Sequence record: OQ873415.1
Direction: 5' to 3' (one strand)
Origin: Escherichia phage PECP20
DNA length: 64,000 nucleotides
The stretch's first letter is position 1, and the number at the start of each line of letters is the position of its first letter. Positions 38,846 to 49,337 of this stretch are shown here, one piece after another. The notes below the pieces were generated by a model that saw only the letters and a list, made by a program, of their open reading frames with translations, made no database searches and had not been told where the DNA came from. A program made the position numbers and the translations under genes.

Positions 38846-38879
38846 GTAAAATAGAACACATAATGATAAGAGGACTACC

Positions 38880-41800
38880 ATGGTTGACATCAAACGTAAG
38901 TTCAGGGCCGAAGATGGTCTTGACGCAGGCGGTGATAAGATAGTTAACGTTGCGCTTGCTGACCGCACAGTTGGCACCGATGGCGTGAACGTTGACTTTT
39001 TGGTGCAAGAAAACACCGTACAGAATTATGACGATACGCGCGCGTATACAAAAGATTTTATTGTTCTTTATGATAATCGTTTTTATCAAGCTTTAAGCGA
39101 TATTCCAGCTCCGGCAGGCCCTTTCTCTTTGGCTAAATGGAAGGCAACTCGTACAGATGCAGAATGGATTACAGTTCAAGGCGGAGATTTCCAATTATCA
39201 GTAGGTAACTCTATTGCGGTTGATACTTCAGCTGGCACTGATATTAATTTCACTTTGCCTAAAAATCCTTTAAATGGCGATACAGTTATTTTGTCTGATA
39301 TTGGCGGTAGAGTAGGCTATGTAAAAGTTCAAATTACTGCAGAGGCTCAAAGTATTGTAAACTTTAGAGGACAACAGGTTCGTTCAGTTTTAATGACGCA
39401 CCCAAAATCTAAAATGGTCTTCATTTTTAGCAACCGCCTATGGCAAATGTATGTTTCTGATTACGAACGTAATGCAGTCACAGTAACTCCTGCTAAGCCA
39501 TATCAGGCGCAACCTAACGATTTTATCATTCGACGTTTTACATCAGCCGCTCCTATTAATATTACATTGCCTCGCAATGCTAATAATGGCGATATTATTA
39601 ATTTAGTTGATTTAGACAAATTAAACCCGTTATATCACACAATTGTCAAAACTTACGATGATACAACTTCTATACGAGAAGCCGGTGTTCATGTAGCAGA
39701 AGGACGTAATACTGCGGAAGCATTCTTTGTTTATGATTCTGCTAATAGCTTATGGCGTGTTTGGGAAGGTGACCAGAAATCTCGTTTACGTATAGTTCGT
39801 AATGATACTGATTTACGCCCTAATGAAGAAGTTCTTGTTTTTGGAACTAATAATGATACAATCTCGACGGTAAATCTTACTTTGCCTACAGATATTTTGT
39901 CTGGTGATACTGTTAAAATATCGTTGAATTATATGCGTAAAGGGCAAACTGTAAAAATTAAAGCTGCTGAAGGCGATACAATTGCTAGCAGTATTTCTTT
40001 ATTACAGTTCCCAAAACGTTCAGAGTATCCACCTGATGCACAATGGGTTTCTGTTAGTGAGCTGGAATTTAATGGCGATACTTCGTATGTACCTGTACTT
40101 GAGTTAGCTTATATAGAAGATTATTCATCTGAAACAAAATATTGGGTAGTTCAGCAAAACACTGTAACCGTCGAACGAGTCGATGCATCGAGCAATACAA
40201 CTCGAGCTCGTTTAGGTGTTATTGCTCTTGCTTCTCAAGCGCAAGCAAATGTCGATTTAGAAAATGCTCCTGGTAAAGAACTTGCTATTACTCCGGAAAC
40301 ATTAGCAAATCGTACAGCAACTGAAACTCGTCGTGGTATTGCTCGTATTGCAACAACTGCACAAGTTAACCAGAATACCGATTTTGCATTCCAAGACGAC
40401 TTGATTATTTCTCCTAAGAAATTGAACGAACGTACAGCAACTGAAACCCGTAGAGGTGTTGCTGAAGTTGCAACTCAGGATGAAACTAATGCTGGCATAG
40501 ATGATACCACTATTATTACTCCTAAGAAATTGGATGCCCGTCAAGGTTCTGAAGTTTTATCTGGTATTGTAAAATACACATCTACGACTGGTACTACAGC
40601 GGCTACTGTTCGTGGTAATGCTGGGACTAACGTTTATAACAAAGCCGTAGATAATTTAACTATTTCTCCAAAGGCTCTTGACCAGTATAAAGCTACCCCT
40701 ACTCAACAGGGCGCAGTAATTCTTGCTATTGAAAGTGAAGTTATCGCTGGTGAATCACAAACCGGTTGGGCTAATGCTGTAGTGACCCCTGAAACACTAC
40801 ATAAGAAAACTTCTACTGATGGACGTATTGGTTTAATTGAAATTGCTACGCAAGCAGAAACTAACACTGGAACTGATTATACTAGAGCAGTAACGCCTAA
40901 GACGTTAAATGATAGGAAAGCTACGGAAGGATTATCCGGCATAGCCGAAATTGCTACGCAAGTTGAATTTGATACTGGAACTGACGATACTCGTATCTCG
41001 TCTCCACTGAAAATTAAAACTCATTTTGATTCTTCTGACCGTACCAGTGTTAATTCTGATTCCGGACTTATTGAAGAAGGAACCTTGTGGAACCATTATA
41101 CTCTTGATATTTCTAAAGCAAATGAAACACAACGTGGTACACTTCGCGTAGCGACTCAGGCAGAATCTAATGCCGGAACTTTAGATGATGTTCTTATTAC
41201 TCCTAAAAAACTTTTAGGGACTAAGTCCACTGAAACGTCTGAAGGCGTGATTAAGGTTGCTACTCAGGCTGAAACTGTAACAGGAACTTCTGCTAATACT
41301 GCTGTATCGCCTAAGAATTTAAAATGGATTGTCCAGGATGAACCAACATGGGCTGCTACTACGGCAATTCGTGGATTCGTTAAAACTTCATCTGGTTCTA
41401 TTACATTCGTTGGTGACGATACTCAAGGTAGTACCCAGGACCTGAATCTTTACGAGAAAAATAGTTATGCTATTTCTCCATATGAATTAAACCGTGTACT
41501 TGCTAACTATTTGCCATTGAAAGCTAAAGCCGTAGATAGTAATCTGTTAGATGGTCTAGATTCTCTTCAGTTCATCCGTAGAGACATCGACCAGACGGTT
41601 AATGGTTCTTTAAGTCTTACTAAACAGACCAACCTGAGTGCTCCTTTAGTATCTACAAGCACTGCTTCTTTTGGTTCCGAAGCATCTGTTACTCGTAGAT
41701 TAACTCTTAATGACTCTAGCGGTTCCGAAATAGTTTTCACTAAAGGAACTCAATCTCTTAGTAATAAAGAGAATTTCGTTGTTAGAGCATGGGGTAATAG

Positions 41801-42713
41801 CGCTACAGATGGTGCCCGTGATACAGTATTTGAAGCGGGTGACGAAACTGGATACCATTTCTATTCTCAGCGCGCTTCTGATAATAAAGTATCATTTAAT
41901 ATTAATGGAACACTTTATTCAACAGGCATTGTTTCTACAAATGGATTAAACGTTACAGGTGTTTCTACCTTTACCGGGCCTATTAGTGCTACAGGCGAAA
42001 TTGTTTCTAGTTCTCCTATTGCATTCAGAGCTATTAACGGTAACTATGGTGTTATGCTTTATAATGCTGGTAACAGTTCTTATATTGCATTAACTAACTC
42101 AGGTGACCAGACCGGGACGTTTAATAACTTACGCCCGATCACGATTAACAATGCCACAGGCCTAGTTCGTCTTGACAACGGTGTTCAAATCACAAGTGGT
42201 GCAACAATAACTACCGGTGGGTTAACTGTAAATAACAGGATTATTTCTAACGGCGTTAAAACTGCCACGGTTTATACCGATAAACCAACAGCTTCTACTG
42301 TAGGTTTTTGGTCTATTGACATTAACGATTCTGCTGTATATAGCCAATTCCCTGGATACTGGACGCGTGATAACAAAGGTAACCGTGACCAAGAAATTAA
42401 ATATCCTGGTACTTTGACTCAATTTGGTAATAGCTTAGATTCGCTTTATCAGGATTGGATTTGTTATCCTACAGGTGCAAATGGTGGTAGTATTCGTTAT
42501 ACTCGTACCTGGCAGAAAAATAAAGATGCTTGGACTTCATTTGCAATGGTATTTGATAGTGGCAACCCACCTTCACCTAGCGATGTCGGTGCTATCCCGT
42601 CTGATAATGCTGTTATTGGAAACCTTACTATTCGAGACTTCTTACAATTAGGAAATGTGAGAATTGTTCCAGACCCGGTTAACAAAACAGTTAAATTTAT
42701 ATGGGTTGAATAA
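38880..42713 (+). CDS. 34: gp34 long tail fibre proximal subunit
   Basis: 1277 aa with repeated fibre motifs; T4 gp34 is about 1289 aa. Confidence 0.95.
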   Translation: MVDIKRKFRAEDGLDAGGDKIVNVALADRTVGTDGVNVDFLVQENTVQNYDDTRAYTKDFIVLYDNRFYQALSDIPAPAGPFSLAKWKATRTDAEWITVQGGDFQLSVGNSIAVDTSAGTDINFTLPKNPLNGDTVILSDIGGRVGYVKVQITAEAQSIVNFRGQQVRSVLMTHPKSKMVFIFSNRLWQMYVSDYERNAVTVTPAKPYQAQPNDFIIRRFTSAAPINITLPRNANNGDIINLVDLDKLNPLYHTIVKTYDDTTSIREAGVHVAEGRNTAEAFFVYDSANSLWRVWEGDQKSRLRIVRNDTDLRPNEEVLVFGTNNDTISTVNLTLPTDILSGDTVKISLNYMRKGQTVKIKAAEGDTIASSISLLQFPKRSEYPPDAQWVSVSELEFNGDTSYVPVLELAYIEDYSSETKYWVVQQNTVTVERVDASSNTTRARLGVIALASQAQANVDLENAPGKELAITPETLANRTATETRRGIARIATTAQVNQNTDFAFQDDLIISPKKLNERTATETRRGVAEVATQDETNAGIDDTTIITPKKLDARQGSEVLSGIVKYTSTTGTTAATVRGNAGTNVYNKAVDNLTISPKALDQYKATPTQQGAVILAIESEVIAGESQTGWANAVVTPETLHKKTSTDGRIGLIEIATQAETNTGTDYTRAVTPKTLNDRKATEGLSGIAEIATQVEFDTGTDDTRISSPLKIKTHFDSSDRTSVNSDSGLIEEGTLWNHYTLDISKANETQRGTLRVATQAESNAGTLDDVLITPKKLLGTKSTETSEGVIKVATQAETVTGTSANTAVSPKNLKWIVQDEPTWAATTAIRGFVKTSSGSITFVGDDTQGSTQDLNLYEKNSYAISPYELNRVLANYLPLKAKAVDSNLLDGLDSLQFIRRDIDQTVNGSLSLTKQTNLSAPLVSTSTASFGSEASVTRRLTLNDSSGSEIVFTKGTQSLSNKENFVVRAWGNSATDGARDTVFEAGDETGYHFYSQRASDNKVSFNINGTLYSTGIVSTNGLNVTGVSTFTGPISATGEIVSSSPIAFRAINGNYGVMLYNAGNSSYIALTNSGDQTGTFNNLRPITINNATGLVRLDNGVQITSGATITTGGLTVNNRIISNGVKTATVYTDKPTASTVGFWSIDINDSAVYSQFPGYWTRDNKGNRDQEIKYPGTLTQFGNSLDSLYQDWICYPTGANGGSIRYTRTWQKNKDAWTSFAMVFDSGNPPSPSDVGAIPSDNAVIGNLTIRDFLQLGNVRIVPDPVNKTVKFIWVE

Positions 42714-42721
42714 GAGGTTAT

Positions 42722-43846
42722 ATGGAAAAATTTATGGCAAGGTTTGGACAGGGATACGTCCAAACGCCGTTTTTATCGGAAAGCAATTCAGTTAGATTTA
42801 AGCTAAGTATAGCGGGTTCATGCCCGCTTTCAACAACTAATCCGTATATTTTGTTCCAAAACGAGCCTTTAGGGTTGCAGTCTTTTGGTATTGGACTAAA
42901 TGTTAGGGTGATAAATCCGGAAAATGGAACTATAGTTGATAGTAAATTATACAATTTTGCGCCTACAAATAATGCAACTTCAGCTGCATTTATTTCGTTT
43001 GTTAATACATACGCGGATAATTTCATTTTCGCATTTATTTCTAATAACAAATTTAATTTGCCACCAGAAATAATTGAATGGTTTAAAGCTGCTGGGAGTT
43101 CAGTTATACCGTCAATTGAAGTTGCTAGTCTTGTTGATATTTCATATTCAGCGTTTTATGTTTCAGGTAAAAATACTATTGCATTAGAACACATAAAATA
43201 CAGTAATAAGAAAACAATTTCTGATTACGCAACCCCATTAGATATTGTATATGACTCTATTGCTGATATAGGTGCTACCGGCTATCCTAGACGTACATAT
43301 GAAGCTTTAGAAACGTTTTTATCTCCTGTTGGAGGAACTAACAATGAAATAAAAAGGATGCCTACGTCATCCCTTGTTACTCCTATCGCAAACTATGGAT
43401 TAAAGCCTGCAGATTTTCTTTATTTGAAATTTCAATTAATGGCTGATGAAGAATTATTAGAGGAAGGAACCACAAGACTTTCAATTCGTTTCTTTAAGTC
43501 TCCATCTAGCTCTCCTATATCATCTAAAGATATAAACTTTGATGGAACTGCCGGGGAGTGGAAGTTATATGAAGAATACGTTGAAATACCAGCTGAAGCT
43601 GATGGCTTTACAGTATATTGTTACCGTACGGCCTCAGTCGGTCAAGGTGGACTAAGAAATGTTATTTTCACTGAAGTATCATGTAACGGAAGTATAGCAA
43701 AACCCGCCGAGTTTGGCCTAAACGGTATTCGTGCTAATTACATCGATGAATCATTAATCGGTAATGATATAATGGACTTGCCTACCCAGTTATCTAACGA
43801 CACAGGTAAGGTATTTGGGCAGGAATTTAAAGAGTACACAGAATAA
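42722..43846 (+). CDS. 35: gp35 long tail fibre hinge
   Basis: 374 aa directly after gene 34. Confidence 0.88.
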   Translation: MEKFMARFGQGYVQTPFLSESNSVRFKLSIAGSCPLSTTNPYILFQNEPLGLQSFGIGLNVRVINPENGTIVDSKLYNFAPTNNATSAAFISFVNTYADNFIFAFISNNKFNLPPEIIEWFKAAGSSVIPSIEVASLVDISYSAFYVSGKNTIALEHIKYSNKKTISDYATPLDIVYDSIADIGATGYPRRTYEALETFLSPVGGTNNEIKRMPTSSLVTPIANYGLKPADFLYLKFQLMADEELLEEGTTRLSIRFFKSPSSSPISSKDINFDGTAGEWKLYEEYVEIPAEADGFTVYCYRTASVGQGGLRNVIFTEVSCNGSIAKPAEFGLNGIRANYIDESLIGNDIMDLPTQLSNDTGKVFGQEFKEYTE

Positions 43847-43868
43847 AGGAGACTTCGGTCTCCTTTTC
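43847..43868 (+). terminator. rho-independent terminator after gene 35
   Basis: GGAGACTTCGGTCTCC followed by TTTTCGCG. Confidence 0.6.
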
Positions 43869-43871
43869 GCG

Positions 43872-43879
43872 TATAAATA
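43872..43879 (+). promoter_or_regulatory. late promoter (TATAAATA) for genes 36-37-38
   Basis: Exact TATAAATA 27 nt upstream of the gene 36 ATG, SD AAGGAG. Confidence 0.6.
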
Positions 43880-43905
43880 CTTTAATATTAATAAGGAGAC
43901 ACGAA

Positions 43906-44562
43906 ATGGCCGATTTAAAAGCCGGAAGTACAGTTGGTGGTTCCGTCATATGGCATCAAGGCAATTTTCCTTTAATGCCAGCTGGCGATGACATCCTATA
44001 TAAAACATTTAAATTATACACCGAATATAACAAGCCAAAAGCGGCTGATAACGATTTCGTATCTAAAGCAAACGGTGGGACATATCTCAAAAAGGTAATC
44101 TTTAACGAAGGTGTTGCAGTCAAAACAGCAGATGACCAAACGAATGGTATTTTTTCTGGTGGTGGTGACGCCGCGACATTCGACCAAACAAACATGGATA
44201 TTGTTTCGTGGTATGGTATTGGGTTTAAATCATCTCAAGGTACAGGTGAAAGAACCGCTGTAATTGATACTCGCACCGGTAATATAAGTTCTAAAGGCGT
44301 TATTGAAGCATCTCAATTCAGAGCCACAACGTTAGCACCTTTAAATAATTACGACCTTACTCGCAAAGATTATGTTGATAGTCAAATAAATACAGTTAAT
44401 GCTAATGCAAACAGTCGTGTACTCCGTTCAGGAGATACGATGACCGGCGCGCTAACCGCCCCAAACTTTTTCTCACAGAATCCTGCATCTCAACCCTCGC
44501 ATGTTCCACGATTTGACCAAATTGTTATTAAGGATTCTGTTCAAGATTTCGGCTATTATTAA
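43906..44562 (+). CDS. 36: gp36 long tail fibre distal connector
   Basis: 218 aa at the T4 gene 36 position. Confidence 0.88.
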   Translation: MADLKAGSTVGGSVIWHQGNFPLMPAGDDILYKTFKLYTEYNKPKAADNDFVSKANGGTYLKKVIFNEGVAVKTADDQTNGIFSGGGDAATFDQTNMDIVSWYGIGFKSSQGTGERTAVIDTRTGNISSKGVIEASQFRATTLAPLNNYDLTRKDYVDSQINTVNANANSRVLRSGDTMTGALTAPNFFSQNPASQPSHVPRFDQIVIKDSVQDFGYY

Positions 44563-44570
44563 GAGGACTT

Positions 44571-47500
44571 ATGGCTACTTTAAAACAAATACAATTTAAA
44601 AGAAGCAAAACTGCAGGAGCACGTCCTGCCGCTTCAGTATTAGCCGAAGGTGAATTGGCTATAAACTTAAAAGACCGTGTACTTTTTACTAAAGATGACC
44701 AAGGAAATATTATTGATCTAGGTTTTGCTAAAGGTGGTAGTATTGACGGGAATGTTATTCATACTGGCAATTACAACCAAACTGGTGATTATACTTTAAA
44801 TGGCGTCTTCACACAGACGGGTAATTTTAATTTAACTGGTATTGCTCGAGTAACTCGCGATATTATTGCCGCCGGGCAGATTATGACTGAAGGCGGTGAA
44901 CTTATTACAAAAAGTTCAGGCACAGCACATGTTCGTTTTTTCGATAACAATAGTCGCGAACGCGGAATCATTTATGCCCCGGCTAATGATGGTTTAACTA
45001 CACAAGTACTTAATATCAGGGTTCAAGACTATGCCGCTGGTAGCGAAAGCACTTATGCATTTTCAGGCAGTGGACTATTTACTTCACCTGAAGTATCAGC
45101 ATGGAAATCTATTTCGTCTCCACAAATTCTAACCAACAAAGTCATTACTAATAATAAATCTACGGGTGATTATGACATCTATTCGATGGCAGACAATGTT
45201 CCATTGTCTGAAAGCACTACTGCTATTAATCATCTTCGTGTCATGCGTAATGCCGTTGGTTCTGGTATTTTCCATGAAGTTAAAGATAATGATGGAATAA
45301 CTTGGTATAGTGGAGATGGATTAGATGCTTATCTTTGGTCATTTACCTGGAGCGGCGGAATTAAATCAAGTCACTCAATTTCTATCGGTTTAACACCAGG
45401 TAATAAAGATTATTCAATATTAGGACCATCTAGCATTGCTTTAGGAGATAATGATACTGGATTTAAATGGCATCAAGACGGATATTATTTCAGCGTTAAT
45501 AATGGAACAAAAACGTTTTTATTTAATCCTAGCGAAACAACTAGCCTAAGAAAATTTGTAGCTGGATATTCTACTAATGGAACCGATTTAACTACTCCTC
45601 CAACTGAAAACTATGCTCTTGCTACTGTTGTGACATATCACGATAATAACGCGTTTGGAGATGGTCAGACTCTTTTGGGATATTATCAAGGCGGTAACTA
45701 TCATCATTATTTCCGCGGCAAGGGTACTACAAACATTAATACTCACGGCGGTTTGTTAGTTACTCCTGGTAATATTGACGTTATTGGCGGTTCTGTAAAT
45801 ATAGATGGTAGAAATAATTCTTCTACACTAATGTTTAGAGGCAACACAACAGGATACAGCTCGGTTGATAATATGGATATTAAAGTTTGGGGTAATACGT
45901 TTGTTGATCCAAGCGGAGGTATCCGTAAAAACATTATGGAAATTTCTGATGCAACTAGCTGGATGAGCTATATTCAAAGACTTACTACTGGCGAAGTAGA
46001 AATGAACGTTAATGGTTCATTTGAATCATCTGGTGTTACTGCTGGAGATAGAGGAGTTCACACAACAGGTGAAATTTCATCTGGAGCAATGAATGCACTT
46101 CGCATTTGGAATGCAGATTATGGAGCCATTTTTAGACGTTCAGAAGGTAGTCTTCATATTATTCCAACTGCTTACGGTGAAGGCAAAAATGGTGATATCG
46201 GTCCACTTCGCCCGTTTAGTATGGCTTTAGATACCGGTAAAGTTACTATTCCAGATTTACAATCAAGTTACAATACGTTCGCAGCGAACGGCTATATTAA
46301 ATTTGTTGGTCATGGCGCTGGCGCAGGTGGATATGATATTCAATATGCCCAAGCGGCTCCTATTTTCCAGGAAATTGATGATGATGCTGTAAGCAAATAT
46401 TATCCTATTGTTAAACAGAAGTTTTTAAATGGTAAAGCCGTTTGGTCTTTAGGTACTGAAATTAATTCGGGTACATTCGTTATTCATCATCTGAAAGAAG
46501 ATGGATCACAAGGCCATACGTCTCGTTTTAATCAAGACGGTACTGTTAACTTCCCAGATAACGTTTCTGTTGGCGGCGGTGAAGCTACTATTGCTCGCAA
46601 TGGTAATATCTGGTCTGATATCTGGAAAACGTTTACTTCTGCCGGTGATACTACAAATATTCGCGATGCTATTGCGACTCGTGTTTCGAAAGAAGGCGAC
46701 ACGATGACCGGCACTCTTTGGATTAATAAAGATGCCGCTGGAATAGTTCTTAATCCTCCTTTGACCAGTGATTCATCATTTATTCGTTCTGATACGGCCG
46801 GGGCCAATAATTGGTATATTGGTAAAGGCGGTGCCGACAATGGTCTAGGTTTTTACAGTTATGTTACACAAGGCGGTGTATATATAACAAATAACGGAGA
46901 AATATCACTTTCTCCTCAAGGCCAAGGAACATTTAATTTTAATAGAGACCGCCTCCATATAAACGGTACACAATGGGCCGCACACCAGGGCGGTGGTTGG
47001 GGAAATCAATGGAATCAAGAAGCACCGGTATTTGTAGATTTTGGTAATGTTGGTAATGATAGTTATTATCCTATTATTAAAGGAAAATCCGGTATTACTA
47101 ATGAAGGATACATATCTGGTGTAGATTTTGGTATGCGACGCATTACTAATACATGGGCACAAGGTATTATTCGTGTAGGTAATCAGGAAAACGGTTACGA
47201 CCCACAAGCTGTATATGAATTCCATCATAACGGTACTTTTTATGCTCCAAGCTTACTTAAGAGCAGTAGAGTATCAGCTGGTGGTGGTGACCCTGCATGG
47301 GGCGGGCCGTGTATTGTACTTGGAGATAACGATACCGGTTTGCTTTGGGAAAACGATGGTATTTTCAACGCATATGCAAACGGCCAAGGTGTGTTTAGTT
47401 TTAGACCTGGTTTAGCTCAGACATTCGGTGATGTTAACTTCCACTGTAATGCAGGTATGTATGTTCGTGATAACATTGATGTTAATGACGTTTATATTCG

Positions 47501-47822
47501 TTCTGATATTCGTTGTAAGTCGGAAATTAAGCTTATTAAGAACGCTCAAGAGAAATCTAAACTATTGGGCGGTTATACTTATCTGCTTAAAAACTCTGTT
47601 ACAGACGAAGTTAAACCGTCCGCAGGTTTAATTGCTCAGGAAGTTCAAGAAGTATTACCTGAACTTGTTTCTGAAGATAAAGAGACCGGACTGCTTCGTT
47701 TGAACTATAACGGTATTATTGGTTTAAATACAGCTGCAATAAACGAGCATACAGATGAAATCAAGGAATTGAAATCTGAAATTACCGAATTGAAAGCATT
47801 AATTAAATCATTGATAAAATAA
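44571..47822 (+). CDS. 37: gp37 long tail fibre distal subunit with C-terminal intramolecular chaperone (peptidase S74-like) domain
   Basis: 1083 aa; conserved N-terminus MATLKQIQFKRSKTAGARPAASVLAEGELAINL; C-terminal about 114 aa (VYIRSDIRCKSEIKLIKNAQEK...coiled coil) resembles self-cleaving chaperone domains of T5 pb1, endosialidases and T2/S16 gp37. Confidence 0.9.
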   Translation: MATLKQIQFKRSKTAGARPAASVLAEGELAINLKDRVLFTKDDQGNIIDLGFAKGGSIDGNVIHTGNYNQTGDYTLNGVFTQTGNFNLTGIARVTRDIIAAGQIMTEGGELITKSSGTAHVRFFDNNSRERGIIYAPANDGLTTQVLNIRVQDYAAGSESTYAFSGSGLFTSPEVSAWKSISSPQILTNKVITNNKSTGDYDIYSMADNVPLSESTTAINHLRVMRNAVGSGIFHEVKDNDGITWYSGDGLDAYLWSFTWSGGIKSSHSISIGLTPGNKDYSILGPSSIALGDNDTGFKWHQDGYYFSVNNGTKTFLFNPSETTSLRKFVAGYSTNGTDLTTPPTENYALATVVTYHDNNAFGDGQTLLGYYQGGNYHHYFRGKGTTNINTHGGLLVTPGNIDVIGGSVNIDGRNNSSTLMFRGNTTGYSSVDNMDIKVWGNTFVDPSGGIRKNIMEISDATSWMSYIQRLTTGEVEMNVNGSFESSGVTAGDRGVHTTGEISSGAMNALRIWNADYGAIFRRSEGSLHIIPTAYGEGKNGDIGPLRPFSMALDTGKVTIPDLQSSYNTFAANGYIKFVGHGAGAGGYDIQYAQAAPIFQEIDDDAVSKYYPIVKQKFLNGKAVWSLGTEINSGTFVIHHLKEDGSQGHTSRFNQDGTVNFPDNVSVGGGEATIARNGNIWSDIWKTFTSAGDTTNIRDAIATRVSKEGDTMTGTLWINKDAAGIVLNPPLTSDSSFIRSDTAGANNWYIGKGGADNGLGFYSYVTQGGVYITNNGEISLSPQGQGTFNFNRDRLHINGTQWAAHQGGGWGNQWNQEAPVFVDFGNVGNDSYYPIIKGKSGITNEGYISGVDFGMRRITNTWAQGIIRVGNQENGYDPQAVYEFHHNGTFYAPSLLKSSRVSAGGGDPAWGGPCIVLGDNDTGLLWENDGIFNAYANGQGVFSFRPGLAQTFGDVNFHCNAGMYVRDNIDVNDVYIRSDIRCKSEIKLIKNAQEKSKLLGGYTYLLKNSVTDEVKPSAGLIAQEVQEVLPELVSEDKETGLLRLNYNGIIGLNTAAINEHTDEIKELKSEITELKALIKSLIK
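47478..47819 (+). other. gp37 C-terminal intramolecular chaperone / autoproteolytic domain
   Basis: Motif YIRSDIRCK (Ser-Lys dyad context) followed by a predicted coiled-coil tail. Confidence 0.55.
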
Positions 47823-47827
47823 TAAAA

Positions 47828-47841
47828 GGGCCTTCGGGCCC
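47828..47841 (+). other. GC hairpin between genes 37 and 38
   Basis: GGGCCTTCGGGCCC directly after the gene 37 stop and before the gene 38 SD GGAGG; no U-tract. Confidence 0.4.
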
Positions 47842-47852
47842 TGGAGGTTTAT

Positions 47853-48632
47853 ATGGCAGTAGTAGGAATCCCTGGTTGGATTGGGACTTCAGCCGTTGCT
47901 GAAACGGGACAAAGATGGATGACGGCTGCTTCAAGGGAACTTCGTTTAGGAAACCCTTCATGGATGTCCCAATTCGCGGGCCGTTCAAGAGAAATAATTC
48001 ACACACTTGGAGCAGACCATAACTTCAACGGTCAATGGTTCCGAGATAGATGTTTTGAGGCAGGTAGTGCACCTATAGTGTTTAATATCACCGGAAATTT
48101 GGTATCATATAGTAAAGATGTTCCATTATTCTTTATGTATGGCGATACGCCAAATGAATATGTTACTTTGAATATTCATGGTGGAGTTCATATGTGGGGA
48201 CGAGGTGGTAACGGTACTGTAAACGGAAACCCAGGCACTAATGGTGGCGATGTAATCCAAAATGATATCGGCGGAAGACTTCGTATTTGGAACTATGGTG
48301 TTATTGCATCAGGCGGTGGCGGAGGTGGTGCAGTGTCATTACAGAATAGCTGGGCGCCAAATGCTACAGCAGGTGGCGGTGGTGGTAGACCATTTGGCAT
48401 CGGCGGAGGTGGAGTTAATTGGCCGGGTGGTAATGCTAGTTATGACGCCCCGGGCGGGGCCGGTTACACTTCCCAATTCGGCGGAGGCAATGGCGGTGAT
48501 GCTGGAGGTCGTGGCGGAGATGGATGGGGTAATCACTTATCTAGATCTGGCGGTGGTGCTCCTGGCAGAGCAGTATTCGGAAGTTCACCGTCATGGGGTG
48601 CTACAGGCACAATCTACGGCTCCTGGATTTAA
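47853..48632 (+). CDS. 38: gp38 T2-type receptor-binding adhesin
   Basis: 259 aa; N-terminal gp37-attachment region [23 protein letters not shown]...[43 protein letters not shown] is T2 gp38-like; C-terminal half has glycine-rich motifs separated by variable segments. Confidence 0.9.
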   Translation: MAVVGIPGWIGTSAVAETGQRWMTAASRELRLGNPSWMSQFAGRSREIIHTLGADHNFNGQWFRDRCFEAGSAPIVFNITGNLVSYSKDVPLFFMYGDTPNEYVTLNIHGGVHMWGRGGNGTVNGNPGTNGGDVIQNDIGGRLRIWNYGVIASGGGGGGAVSLQNSWAPNATAGGGGGRPFGIGGGGVNWPGGNASYDAPGGAGYTSQFGGGNGGDAGGRGGDGWGNHLSRSGGGAPGRAVFGSSPSWGATGTIYGSWI

Positions 48633-48650
48633 ACGATAATACCTCTCAAT

Positions 48651-48658
48651 TATAAATA
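48651..48658 (+). promoter_or_regulatory. late promoter (TATAAATA) for holin gene t
   Basis: Exact TATAAATA about 8 nt upstream of SD GGGAGG. Confidence 0.6.
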
Positions 48659-48665
48659 TTGATAA

Positions 48666-49337
48666 ATGGGAGGTAATATGGCAGCACCAAAAGTATCATT
48701 TTCGCCTAGTGATATTTTATTTGGGTTGCTAGACCGCATTTTCAAAGATAACGCCTCTGGAAATATTCTTATTTCAAGAGTTGCTGTTGTAGTTCTTTTG
48801 TTCCTAATGGCACTAATATGGTACAAAGGGAATATTTTTATGGATTATTACGTGAGGTCGAAATATGATACTTACACAGAAGTAATTCAAAAAGAAAGAA
48901 ATACACGATTTGAATCTGCGGCTTTAGAACAACTACAAATAGTCCACGTCACATCAAGGGCGGATTTTAGTTCGGTGTATTCTTTCAGACCTAAAAATCT
49001 AAATTATTTCGTCGACCTTATTGCGTATGAAGGTAAGTTACCTAGCACAGTAACTGAAAAATCTATGGGAGGATTTCCTGTTGATAAAACGACAGCAGAA
49101 TATTCGGTCCATTTAAGTGGACTTCACTTTACTTCTAAAACAGATTTTGCTTTCTTACCTACCAAATCAAAAACTCCGGAACTGGCGTATATGTATAGTT
49201 GTCCTTACTTCAATTTGGATAACATATATGCGGGAACTGTTTCTATGTATTGGTATAAGGGATCGGATGTGCTAAATGAAGAACGCTTGGCTGCAATATG
49301 CAACCAAGCAGCAAGGATATTAGGGCGGGCTAAATAA
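48666..49337 (+). CDS. t: holin T
   Basis: 223 aa; single N-terminal TM (VAVVVLLFLMALIWY) and large periplasmic domain; T4 T-like throughout. Confidence 0.93.
   Translation: MGGNMAAPKVSFSPSDILFGLLDRIFKDNASGNILISRVAVVVLLFLMALIWYKGNIFMDYYVRSKYDTYTEVIQKERNTRFESAALEQLQIVHVTSRADFSSVYSFRPKNLNYFVDLIAYEGKLPSTVTEKSMGGFPVDKTTAEYSVHLSGLHFTSKTDFAFLPTKSKTPELAYMYSCPYFNLDNIYAGTVSMYWYKGSDVLNEERLAAICNQAARILGRAK

Noticed and set aside
48262-48639. 125-aa plus-strand and 65-aa minus-strand ORFs overlapping gene 38
   Set aside because: Alternative frames through the GC-rich glycine-codon repeats of gp38; open by composition only
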